Of a stretch of 64,000 nt of DNA, positions 1-12,116 are shown one piece after another. Position 1 is the stretch's first letter. Each line of letters begins with the position of its first letter. The stretch lies in contig NC_057756.1 in NCBI RefSeq assembly GCF_004010195.1, forward strand, positions 2,606,776 through 2,670,775, given 5' to 3'. The position numbers and the translations under genes are program-made. The stretch comes from Chiloscyllium plagiosum (Eukaryota). The notes below the pieces were generated by a model, which worked only from the letters and a program-made list of their open reading frames with translations, did not search any database and was not told the origin of the DNA.

Positions 1-1680
1 TTCCTAAGGTTACCTTCAACAGATATTATTGATAGCCGAAACTTGGCACTGTGGTGATTGGATGAATTGGATAATAAACATATTTTATAACATGATGGAA
101 TGAAACATAAATTTCAGATTTTCTTGTGAGACTAAGTTTGCATCAGAAACTGAAATGGAATGCATTTGCTATACTAACAGTGCATTCCAAAGGTGGTGAT
201 ATTTAGACCATATCAAGGTTATGTCGATTATTCCCTAAATCTATGCTGAAGTCAATCTATTCTGCAAATCCATCCTCGGGTAATTCAATAGTCAGAAATG
301 TATAATATAATGTAAACTTACAAAAACACTGAAGAAATAAAAAAAAATCATCATCGAATTCCAATAAAAAACATCACATCACACAATATCAAACCCATCG
401 TGCAGTTGACATCATAAATGTCACACTCAACACTATCGGTAGGGTACGGCCCATAAATGACGAACGCCTTTGCTGAGCAACAAATAGGTCAATTTCACAT
501 TCTGCCTGATAGTCACCTATGAACAACCACTTGAAATGCAAACTACCAGAAGACTGAAAGAATTAGAACAGGGACACCACTTGCCTATGGGCAAAAGAAG
601 AATGTGACGGGGCATGACATACTGCCACAGACTTACCAGAGTATTCCCTTTATTTCCAACTTGACTGCTTAGCAAATTCTCGTTGCACGCCCTCATTCAG
701 AAAAAGAACGTATTGTCTCAACAACAACATGCTACCAGGTCCTTAGGGCTTTTACATTTCCCCGCTTCTGAAATGTCCAAATCCAGTAACTTCGCAGTCA
801 TTCAACCTGACACAACTGACTCTGGATACATCTTGTTTACATCTTTTTCTCCCACTTCGACTTTATTGTCTTCAACCACAGAGCCAATTATTTGACTTCC
901 TCCAGCCTATGCATTAAACAACACATACATCAAGTATTCCAATTTCTTAACTGCAATACTGACCCATTTAACAACATATTGCTACTGTACTTCTAACTTT
1001 TCTGTCATTTAAAGCTCGCATCTAACATTGGGTGGACGAAGTCAACTATCTCTTTGTTATGCCATCAATTCTTCGTCCAATCTACATCGGCAAATGTCTG
1101 CAGTTAGACGAGTTTAAAAACCATTCAAGCCTACATAGAAAAAAGCCGTTACACACCGTTAAGTTTACAAACATCTCCTCTCTCAGCATCTGTCAAGGTA
1201 ACTTCTTAAATTTTTAAAATCTGATTAAACTTCATGCAAAGAAGAAAGGAACATCAAAAAGCTTGTATTGACAATACAGATATTCTTTCTGATTTTGGTA
1301 GCAAATTTGTGATTTTATCCAACTGTCATGTGATGCGAAATGAAGACAGAATGAATATCATTTAGAATTAATGTAGGAAACCATGTTTTCTAAAGTCAAT
1401 ATGAAATCCCACTTTCGAATCCATTCAGATTTTTTTTGTTTGAAGAAACACATGGTGTGACAACTTTTATCCATGTTCACTTGATGAAATGTTGGACAGT
1501 GTATTACTCATTTATGTTTTTTTTAATTGAGTTGCAAATGTAGTTAAGAAAGATAATCAGAACAAAAACTAATGTATTTTATTTTGCATACATTTGATGG
1601 AATAGTGGACAGTAACAGCAGATATCTAAGAGCGTTCTGGGATTTTTATGAGCGAGGTAAATTGGCAGAGTATTGTTAGA

Positions 1681-1873
1681 GAGGTAAAAACAATGACTGC
1701 AGATGCTGGAAACCAGATTCTGGATTAGTGGTGCTGGAAGAGCACAGCAGTTCAGGCAGAATCCAAGGAGCAGCGAAATCGACGTGATGAAGGGCGTTTG
1801 CCCGAAACGTCGATTTCGCTGCTCCTTGAATGCTGCCTGAACTGCAGTGCTCTTCCAGCACCACTAATCCAGA
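1681..1873. mobile_element. Short palindromic Penelope-derived element with ~67-bp inverted arms and 15-bp target site duplication
   Basis: Arms 1719-1785 and 1807-1873 are near-perfect reverse complements. The centre reads TGATGAAGGGCGTTTGCCCGAAACGTC. CAGAGTATTGTTAGA occurs at 1666-1680 and 1870-1884. Confidence 0.75.
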
Positions 1874-2977
1874 GTATTGTTAGATGCTGGTTAATTGAGA
1901 TATTTTGGAGAAGTTGTATATTTTGGAAGATAACCCGCATTAGGAATTATATGGTCAAAATTAGGCCATTTTAAGTGCTGTTGAGCAGAAACTTTCCTTT
2001 GAAATTAGCATCACAGTTTGACAATTGGGCAAAGAAGCCATTTCGCAATCCCGCCTTCATTGACAGGAGATTCAAGTATACCATTCGTCATGACATTGGT
2101 CAGGCCATATTTGCAGTGCTTCATGAAGCTTTATTGTCCCCAATGGAAATTATGCAGAAAGCAAAGTGCAGGATTTTCACTGGGATGACATGGCTTGAGT
2201 TTATGAGGTGAGCTTGGATTGAATGGGATTTTCCTGGAAGTTTGCAGAATGAAGCCTGACCTTAAACAAGTTTATACATTCAAGAGGACTTTAGATAAGC
2301 TAACAAACCAATGGATTTTCCCTCTGGTAGAGACTTCCAAATTACAGGTGTCACAAAGCTCGTCCTTTTATTCCTAAAAATGTTTGTTGGCTCAAAGAGT
2401 TTCTGCACTTGTTTTTATTTCACAGAGGGACAATAAACCAGGCCGGGCTGGATTAGTACCGCGATGAAAAAGATTTGGAAATGCTATTATTTGTATGTGA
2501 ACAGATGAGACAGACGTCAGGCCAAAGTGGTCATATTTTAGAAGCGACCTATATAAAGAGGGGAAAATTGTCAGCTCACTACTTGAGCTGAGGTGAGCAG
2601 TTTAGGTCAGTCTTGATCTGTTTGGAATTTCAGCAGGCAGCTATGTGGAATCTCTCTCTCTCTCTCTCTCTCTGATCTTCAAATTCAACTTGCAAAGACG
2701 TGTTCCATTTATACTGTTTGTAAAAGGTAGCTCGCTTTTTGGTACCATTGTGTATATTTGGAAGAGCATAATTAAGTCCCGTTAGATAGATTGAGTTCTG
2801 TTGGCATTGTTTCCACTGTTCGTTGTGTTTCATTGTGTAATTTTGTGAATACCTTTTCTTCTGGTTTCGAATCTCGTAGTCAACCTTGCTAACCCAATCC
2901 AGCTAATTCAAACTGTACACCTACCGAAATAGATTGCAAAGTAATGGTTTGGGCTGCATGCTTTATAATGTTTTGAG

Positions 2978-5900
2978 GGAGTCGGCAAGATGGCGGCGAT
3001 TCTGTAGAATTGTTTTGGACATCTCTGCCTAACAGCCAAGACATACTGGTGTTTTTTGCCATCCCTGGCCAACGTATGTGGTGGAATTATTACTTTGAAA
3101 CCTTACAGATCATATATCTGTTAATATTTGGGAGTGGGAAGGAGGCCAAATGGAAAAGGAGCAAGCAAACAGCAGCAGGGAGGATACTCCCCTGCAGCAC
3201 CTACCACACCAGAGACTAGAGCAGCAGCAGCATCTTTTGAACCCCCCGGGGACCTGGCAGACTCATAAGAATTGGTTGCGGCAATGGAGAGTCTTATCTT
3301 GAAAGTTGGGGCTGCAATTGAGGACATCCGTGGGGAGATTCGTGCCTAGGTCCAAACTATTGCATCCATGCTGCAGAAGCATGATCTGGAGATGCAGGGC
3401 CTCGGTGAGCGGCTAGAGGAAATGGATGGTCGAAATGAAGGCTTCGGAAGCTGCGATTGAGTCCTACCCCAGTCGTTTCCAGGTGCTGGAGCAAGAGGTG
3501 CGAGCCTTGCAAAACCATACCAATGAACACGAAAACCGATATCGGCGGATAAATCTCCAAACGGTAGGGCTCCCTGAAGGTGAGGAAGGTGAGCAGCCAG
3601 TTAGCTTCTTTGAAAGCTGGTTGCCAAAGTTTCTGGGCCTTCACATCGAGTCCAGCAGGCTACAGATTGATAGGGCATATCGCGTTACAGTGCACAGATC
3701 AGAGCTGGTGCAGCGCCCCCGCCTGGTTCTAGTGCAGGTCCATTTCTCTATTAAATTCAGATTTCAAGATTCTGTCTAAGATCCTGGCGCTGAGATTGGA
3801 ACGGGTGATGCCCCATATTAATAAGAGGACCAGGCAGGCTTTATTAGAAGGTTTCTGAATGTGGTCCAAGTTTCTCAGCAATGATCGAATCAGGGGTTGG
3901 TGATTTCCTGAGTTTCAGAGAAAGCATTTGACCGGGTTGAATGGTCGTATCTTTTTTATGTCTTAGAATAGTTTGGATTGGTGGAGTCTTTGCTAGGTGG
4001 GTGGAGGTTATATATCATCACTCTTTGGCTGTGGTCATCAACAACGGAGTGAAGTTTGGGCATTTTAGGATTTGTAGGGGTAGTTGGCAAGGCTGTCCCC
4101 CTCACCGTTGTTGTTTACAATGGTGATAGAACCGCTGGCGGAGGCCATTTGTGAGTTTGTCCACATAACCACTCCGGAAGTGGGATCGAGGGCACACAAG
4201 ATGACATTGTATGCGGATGATGTCCTTATGTTCTTATCGAACCCGATGACCTCCCCACCCCATTTAATACAATGTATCAATTCATTTGGGGCTATTTCAG
4301 GATATAAGATTAACTTTGCAAAATCGGAAGCTATGCCTTTATGGAACCTTAAGAGTCTGCAAGAAGTTGAAAGTGGCCTTAAGTCCCTTTTAAGTGGTCA
4401 TGGACAGGGTTCTGGTGCCGAGGCATTTTTATCATACACAAGGTTGATCTGTTATTTCGGACTAACTTTGCTCACTTGCTCGACAATACAGGCGAGTTCT
4501 CCAGAGATGGGAGGATCTTCTAATTTCATGACTGGGCCGAATATCTCTCATTAAGTTGAATGCTCTTCCTCGTTTGCTTTATCCCGCGCATATTCTCCCT
4601 GTAATGTTTCCCATGTCAACAGTGCGGAAGGTTATGGGGTGGTTTGGTTCCTTTGTCAGGCATCGTAGGCGGCCCCTAATCAAACTATCTAAATTGCAGT
4701 TGCCTCAAAGAGGGGGAGGAGTTGATTTCCCAGACATCAGAGGGCATCAAGAGAGTTCCCTGCTGCTCTTTGTCTGCGATTGGGTAGGTAACAATCCAAA
4801 CTCAAAAAGGCTGGATATTGTGGTCTCCCAAGCAAAGTGCCCTCTTATTAACCTCTTGTTCATGTATAAGATGAGGACTGTTATGGACCACTGCCGGAAC
4901 CCCATTGTCATTCGTACAGTCAAGGCATGAAGGGCGATGTGTCAGAGTGAGGGTTATTTATCCAAGACTTTGCCACTTTCGCCTATAGTGGGCATGCCAG
5001 GGTTCCGACCAGGGATGATGGACTCAGGGTTCAAAATATGGGCAGCGAGAGGAGTTTCTAGTTTGGGAGACTTGTTTGGCGGGGAGGTTATGATGTCTTT
5101 GGAGCAACTGAACCGCAAATACGCATTAGCCAGCAGAGATCATTTCCATTTCTTTCAGGTGAGGGATTTCATCCAGAAGAAGACTACACTTCTCACGAAG
5201 CCCTATTAGCCCGATACAAAGAGGTTGTTGCTATATTCCACAAGCACCCTTTTGGATATTGCCCTCTATCGCCTGCTGGGTGGCAGGGCCTGGCAGGATA
5301 TTAACCTGTTCTGTGAGGTCTGGGAGCAAGAGCTAGGAATGGAGATCTTTTCTGAAACATGGGAGAATGTGTGGGAGAATACTCGAAAGATCTCAATCTG
5401 TAATTGGATATGCGCTACGCAGTTAAAAGTTCTGCACAGGGCTTATCTGGCACCAGACCGTCTGGCAAAGTTTAAAAATGGGGCATTTTCAGTGAGCCCC
5501 AAATGTAAAATAAGTGTAGGTTCTCTTACCCATTGTTTTTGGGGTTCCCACAGGCTCCATGTTTATTGGAGAGCTGTGGCGTGAGAGACAGGGAGGGTAT
5601 TGAGGACTGAAGTCAAAGTAGACTCGATATCTCCCCACTTAGCTCTACCAAATTTAACATCTTTAGACGGGCATGGGAAGAAACAATTTAGCATCTTGCA
5701 TACTGTGCAGGGAAGAATATTCTGATGAATTGGGTGTCTGACAACCCGACGGGCTTGCTGGGACAGCAGAAATTAATTATGGAGCTCATTCCCTTGGACT
5801 TTTTTTTTACAAACATGGCGCACCACACAACAGACCATTGTTATAAGATATGACAGTCCTACTTGAGTTACTTGGATATAGATTTTTCAGTTATCTTAGC

Positions 5901-6277
5901 TAGTACGTTTGTCTAACCAGGTTGGTTAGATTTGTAAAGCCCTGGGCCCTGAATGGGGGTCCCCTGAGTTAATACGGGTATATAAGCAATGCTCCCGTTC
6001 CTTTGTTTGGGAGCTTTGCGCCGAGCATTGCTGTTCTGTATTTTGTGGGGTTTTTTTTTTGCTTTTCTTTCTTTTTATTTGGTGTTGCTTTGCGCAATGT
6101 TAGGGTTTGTTTTGTATTGTAGGGTAGATTAGTAGCTGGTAAACTGTAGTTGTATTGTAATTTGTGTGGTGTTTTTGGAGTTACTATAATGATATTTGTA
6201 ATCGTTTGTATTTTTCAATAATTTTGGATGTTTATAATGTTAAACAATTGTAAATAAATATATTCACATTAAAAAAA
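2978..6277 (+). mobile_element. L1-clade LINE, 5'-complete but internally deleted, inserted in the 5' LTR of the Gypsy element
   Basis: Starts GGAGTCGGCAAGATGGCGG. ORF1 remnant (ENRYRRINLQTVGLPEGEEG..IDRAYR..RPR) at 3426-3740; RT (SISLLNSDFKILSKIL, LYADD, FGAISGYKINFAKSE) at 3740-4400; C-terminal zinc-knuckle region (HCFWG) at ~5530; poly(A) from 6271. 13-bp TSD ATAATGTTTTGAG at 2965-2977 and 6278-6290. Confidence 0.92.
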
Positions 6278-9200
6278 ATAATGTTTTGAGTAGTCTGGCC
6301 TAGTCCATCACAGACTGTGCGCTCTATGCGGGAATTATAACAGTGAGTGGTAGGTGCTACTGCCATTCTTTGTGGTGTTATATTGGTTGGGTTGACAATA
6401 CTTTGGAGAGGAATCGCTCTTTCAGTCGCCAAAAGTTTTCTGGAGTGTATGCTGTGATTTTGAAGTTTTGCAAAAATGGATTAAGACCAAGTTGCAAAAA
6501 CTAGCAGGGGAGCTGGACATGGAACTGTCTGCTTTTGTGACGAAAGGAGTGATAATTACATCAGTGGGTCAGCATTTAAACTTGCTGGAGAAACCGTCAG
6601 AATCTATAGAGATGGCAAAAAATCATTTTTTGGAAATGAAACAGGTTGTCTTACGCTTAAGAGCAGAAGAGAGGCTAAATGGGGGAGAGCAGAACAGAGA
6701 GAACAAAAGAGAGAGCAGCAGAAGAGAGAAAAAAAGAGAGTTTTTGAACTACAAATTCTGACAGGTACAAAAGGAAGTCAGCATAAAAGGCCAAAGATAA
6801 CGGATGAGCTTCGGCTCAGTGAAGCTGAGCAAACCCCGTGTAGTCAGGAGTCTAGTGAGAAACTGTTTCAATATGATCAAGCGTTGCATAAATTTGATGA
6901 AAAGAATGTGGAAGCTTTTTTCATCTCTTTGAAAAGGTGGCTAAACAAATGCAGTGACCAGTGGCAATTTGGGTTTTGTGATCCAACCGATACTTGTATG
7001 TAGGGCTCATAAGTTATTCGCATCACTATCAGAGGAGATATCTTGGGAGTATGAGGAGATAAAAAAGCGATTTTAAGTCCACATGAGCATGTACAAGAAA
7101 CCTATAGAAAAAGGAGGAACACTGGTCCAAACGATATTGAGTTTGAAAGGATCAAACAGAGTAATACCGAGAAATGGATATGAAACATAAAAACTGAGCA
7201 AACCTATGATGGCCTAAGAGAGGTAATTATTTTGGAAGAATTCCTGAAGTAGTGCGAACTCTTGGAAGAGTATATGGTTAAAACAGTAAGGTTAGCAACT
7301 GAAGTAGCTGATAGTGATGAGCTGGTCCATGAAACTTGGTTTGGCTTCCAGAATGAATTACAGCCCATAAGGGATACAAATAGGGGCAAAGAGAAACCAT
7401 CACGTCGAAAAAGAAGGGCGGATCTCAGTGAATATCGTAAGGATAACTTAGCATAGGGGGGAAAAAGAAACCTTTTAGGTGGGCAAAAAAGTTAAAATGC
7501 TCACAATGATGATCTGCTAGGTGAAAGCAAATGTTGGAAAACAGATAAGCCTGGAAGTGTTGTTTGACTAGTAATACAAGCACAAGGGACTCTTGACAAC
7601 TTCCTCAGAGTGTGCAAGGTCTTTAGAGGTTGATTAAGGAGGAAGTGCCAGACCTGCTAAAAAATACACATACAAGGGTAAAGTTTATTCGGAACAGGCC
7701 AGGAGTAGTCGGTAAGGAGGTTACAATATTAAGGGAAACATGATCCTCTCAGTCTCGATGCGGAATGATGCGAAGATATGCACTTCCGAGGAAATATTGC
7801 CAGAGACGTTACTGGCAGCATGATTTCATATTGACACCAAAAATGCTCAATTATGTAAAGTAAGGCTAGAGATCCAGAGAGGAGTGGAGAATCTGTGGGG
7901 GCGGGAGGGTGGTGTATATTGTACAAAGCGTCAGATCTAGCAATACAATTTCTCCTTACAAATGATCAGCTTATTCACCAGTAGGTGTGCTGCCTACTAT
8001 CATCAAAAGTCCAGTGGAGACACAGGCAACTGAAGAAATGAAAGACCTTTATCCAGGAATTTTCCCTGATTATGTTATCACAAGATCACACAGGCACAAG
8101 CTGAAGCAAAAGAGATCAAAACGCACAGCTATGAAAACTGACATAGTGTTTTCCGAAACTTAGTTTGGTCAGATAAGTGGAACAGAAAAGGAGTAAATAG
8201 GTAAACATGCAAGTATCTTTAGCTCTGCTAAGTTTTTTTTTGATTTACAGCCGAAATATGAGGAGTTTAAACAGTTATGTCAAAAGGCATTTATTGAGAA
8301 AGAAAATGAATGCATTCCTATGTGTTGCTACATAACCAATTGTGCCTTAATGAGGAAATGGAGATCATCACACATTCAAGAAGACGAGAAATTGGCAGAG
8401 ATTAATCAAATTGTTTTGCCAGTAGGGCATAGAAAGGACGTGCTGCTAGTGGAGCATGAGCTGCCATTAAGACGATATTTAGCAGTGAGAGAAAAACAGG
8501 CTAAAATACAAGGGCATTTTTACTGACCTGTACAAAACAAAAATGTGCTCAAATTTTGCCAGATGTGTCATATTTATCAGCTGTTCAGCAAAAAAACATA
8601 GGCAATAATAAAATCTGCACCTAAAATGCCTATTCTAACATTTGAGTAACCTTTCACAAGAGTCTTTATCCATTGTTTGGCTCCTCTACCTCAACTAAGA
8701 AAGTGGGAATAAGTATATATTAACAATAATAGATGCGTCGACGAGATTTCCAGAGGCAATCCTATTATGCAACTTCACAGCTAAAAGGGTTGGCGAAGAA
8801 CTACTTTGTTTTTAACTAGCTACAGACTACCAATAGAGATCCAATCAGATCATTAATCAAATTTCAATTTAAAGTTCTTCAAGGACGTTATCGATAACGT
8901 GGGAATACAACAATTCAAATCTACTGGGTATCATCCAGAATCACAGGGAGAGCTTGAGATATGGCATTAAACACTAAAGGCTATGTTACAGGCTTATGGT
9001 CAGGATTATTCAGTTGATTGGGATAAGGGAATCCCCTTTGCAATTTTCGCGACCAGAGATGCACTGAATGAATAGACCAAATTCAGAACATTTTAATCAA
9101 TTTTTGGGCATGAGGCAAGAGGACAGTTAAACTAGAAAAAGAAGAAGTCACTTAGACTGTGTGTCAAATTTTGGAGAACGATTAAATAGAGCTGTAGACT

Positions 9201-11066
9201 TAGCGTAACACCATTTAAACTTATCACGGCATGCAGTGAAACAGGAAGCGTCAAATAAATCACACATTCACAATTTTGCCACAAGGGAAAAAGATATTGG
9301 TGTTGCTTCCATTGACAGCAAAGCCTTTAAAAACAAGGTTTAATTGACCGTAACAAATTGAGAATAAATTGAGTGAGGTGAACTACTTTATAAGGACTCC
9401 AGATAAGACGGAGTCTCACAGAGTGTGTCATGTGAATATGCTGAAAAGGTATTTTGATAGGGAAGGAAAGCACGAGGAGAAGGTGTTCATGATAATAGCG
9501 CAGAAGGAAGAATCATGTTCACAGTATTCTTAATTGGACATTCCTGAAATTAAATTGGACAATGACGAAGTTGTCAAAAATTAGGATATATTATTGGGTT
9601 GCCTTCAACAACAAAATCGAAATGACCTGGAAAAGGTTTTACTATCCAATGTGGAGAAATGTGGAAATAAACTTGGAAGTACGAATCTAACTATCAACAT
9701 CCTAATAGGCATAACCCTCTAAAGTTGGCACAGGTTCAGAAAGAGATAGCGTGCATGCTCTAAGATGGCATAACCGAAGTGAGTTACAGTGATTGAAGCT
9801 CACCCGTAGTCATGATGCCAAATCCAGATGGTACACGATGGTCATACGTGGACTATCGCAAAGTCAACTCCATTCCAAAAATATCTGATGCATATTAAAT
9901 TCAACGGTTGGAGGACAGTGTAGAAAAATTGTTACAAGCAACTTACATTTCTGAGTTTGACTTGCTCAGAGGCTACTGGCAAGTACCTCTGTCAGAAAGA
10001 CCAAAGGCAATTTCGGCTTTTGTAACGCCAAATGTACTGTAATAGTTCAAGGCCACGCCATTTGGTATGAAAACTACTCCAGCCACATTTCAGAGATTGA
10101 CATATAAGGTAATTGCTGGATTACTCAAAGGTGTGGTGTATGTTGATGAACTGGTGATTTTTATTCACTCATGGAAGGAGCATTTACAGCACTTATTGGC
10201 CATTTTCGATGGACTTCGGAAGGCAGTGAAGCTGCCAAAGCCCAGGTCAACTTGCTGCACCATGTTTTTGGACATGGAAAAATGTTTGCACGAGATGCAA
10301 AAACGAACGTTACTGGTGAATTTCTCACATGCAAAAGCAGTACTACAGTTCCTGGGGTTGAGTGGATTTTAAAGTTTCTGCTGAACTTTAGCAGCGTACC
10401 TGCTGTACTCACCGAATTGTGACAAAAGGGTAGAGGGTTCAGTAGACAGCGGAGTGTTAAAACGCATTTGACAGCCTAAAATCACTGCCCCAATATTACC
10501 TACATCGGATTAAATGAAACATTTTAAGGTGGCTATTGATGCCAGTGATGTGGGTGTCCATGCGGTGCTCCTGCAGAGGGATGGATAGAAAGACACATTG
10601 GGTAATTTTCCAGGAAGTTGAACGTTCGTCAATAGAAATATTTAACGATGGAGGAAGAGACTTTAAGCGCAGCATTATCATTGCAACATCTCAGTGCTTA
10701 TGTTACCGGCAACGCAGCTGAGACAATCAAATACACTGGTCACAACTCATTGACATTTGTGGAAAAAAATAAGGACAAAAATGCCAGACTGCTTCGATGA
10801 AGCTTGCTGTTGCGGGTATTCAATTTGAAATTTGTGCATGTGGCAAGTCGCAAAACTATGACTACCGATGCAGTCTCTCGGCTTGAAAGAGCTACGGAGG
10901 CGTTCATTGGTGTGTGCACCAGAGCCTGAATTTGCATGGGATTGTCCATGTATGCACGTTTATAGTTGGTAAAGTGTATATGTACGTTTGGACTACTACC
11001 GAGATTTTGAAGAGTTAAAAATGAAGCCAGCTTTTGTATTAATAGTTTTTTTTTTTATGGGGGAGT

Positions 11067-11718
11067 TGTCACAAAACATTTTGTTTCTAAAAACTGTTCC
11101 TTGGTACAACAAGACTCTAACCTTGATTTTTATCAAAGGGGAAATAAAGCAGGCTTGGCTTCAATTCGTCTGGTTTGATTCGGTGATGAATAGGATTTTC
11201 AGAGGGCTTATGTTCATATGTGAACAGATGAGACTTCAGCCCAAAGTGGTCATGCTTTAGAAGTGATCTGTTTAAAGTGAAGAGAATGGTCAGCTGTACA
11301 GCTGATCTGAGATGTGCAGTTTTAGTTAATTCTTGAACTAGTTGGGAGTTGAACAGAGAGCTGTGTGGAAAGTCTCTCTCACCCTCTGACCATCAACTTC
11401 AACCTGCAAGCATGTGTTCCATTCATACTGGTTTTTAAAGACAATTTGATTCTTGGGATCGTTGTGTATATTTTGAACAGCATAATTAAGTCTAATTGGA
11501 TATGTTGAGTTCTGTAGGCGTTCTTAATTCTACTCTTTGTGTTTCATTGATAATTTCATACATAATGATTTGTCTGATTTAAAGCCTAGTAGTCAATCTA
11601 GCTAACGTAATATACGTACTTTATTGTTAACTGCACACTTCCCGAAATAAGTTGCAAAGTTAAGGTGTGAGCCTGCCTGTATTAGAATGCTTTAAGTGGT
11701 CTGGCTTAGTCCATAACA
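11067..11718 (+). repeat. 3' LTR of Gypsy element 1 (~650 bp)
   Basis: TGTCACAAA...CCATAACA; collinear with 2349-2977 plus 6291-6312. Confidence 0.9.
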
Positions 11719-12095
11719 CAGGGAAAACGTTAAAGATGAGTGTGGAAATATTTAAAAGACGATTGTGGAGCAATGTTTAAGTTCAAAGATTGCTTTGTAA
11801 AGGGCTATAACTGCAAGAGATAGTGGTAATTGTAGTTAGAGTTACAGAAATTAAATATATTTTTTTCACGTACTTGAAAAGGAAATATTAAGAGGCATTT
11901 GGACCAAACTCTTGCAAATAAGACATGTTTAGTTTGAGAACATGGTTGGCATGGACCAGTTGTACTGAAGAATACGATTCCTTGCAGTTTGTATCCAGGA
12001 CTCCATGAGCATATAATGTTCGATACGATCTTGGTAATTTAATTTGTTTACATTTCAACATGTGATTGTATTTTACATTCTGTTTCACATTGCAG

Positions 12096-12116
12096 AACTC
12101 GCAAATGACATAAGTG
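12096..12116 (+). pseudogene. 21-nt micro-exon type C, copy 1 (ELANDIS in phase 1); donor degraded
   Basis: ttgcag|AACTCGCAAATGACATAAGTG|gggaat. Good acceptor, homologous to the C exons at 28305, 47762 and 63571 with the same flanks, but GG rather than GT after base 21. Confidence 0.6.

Larger units (their letters stand above)
2349..11718 (+). mobile_element. Decayed full-length Gypsy (Gmr1-type) LTR retrotransposon, order gag-PR-IN-RT-RH
   Basis: 5' LTR TG at 2349 to CA at 6312 (split by an L1); 3' LTR 11067-11718; 4-bp TSD CAGG at 2345-2348 and 11719-11722; polypurine tract GGGGGAG before the 3' LTR. IN motifs (HELP..QAKIQGHFY, IDASTRFPEA) at ~8400-9100, RT (VDYRKVN, PATFQRL, YVDE) at ~9750-10370, RNase H at ~10520-10880. 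Many stops and frameshifts. Confidence 0.9.

Noticed and set aside
6313..6336. Primer-binding site after the 5' LTR
   Set aside because: Position is right, but the sequence (GACTGTGCGCTCTATGCGGGAATT) is too decayed to assign a tRNA.
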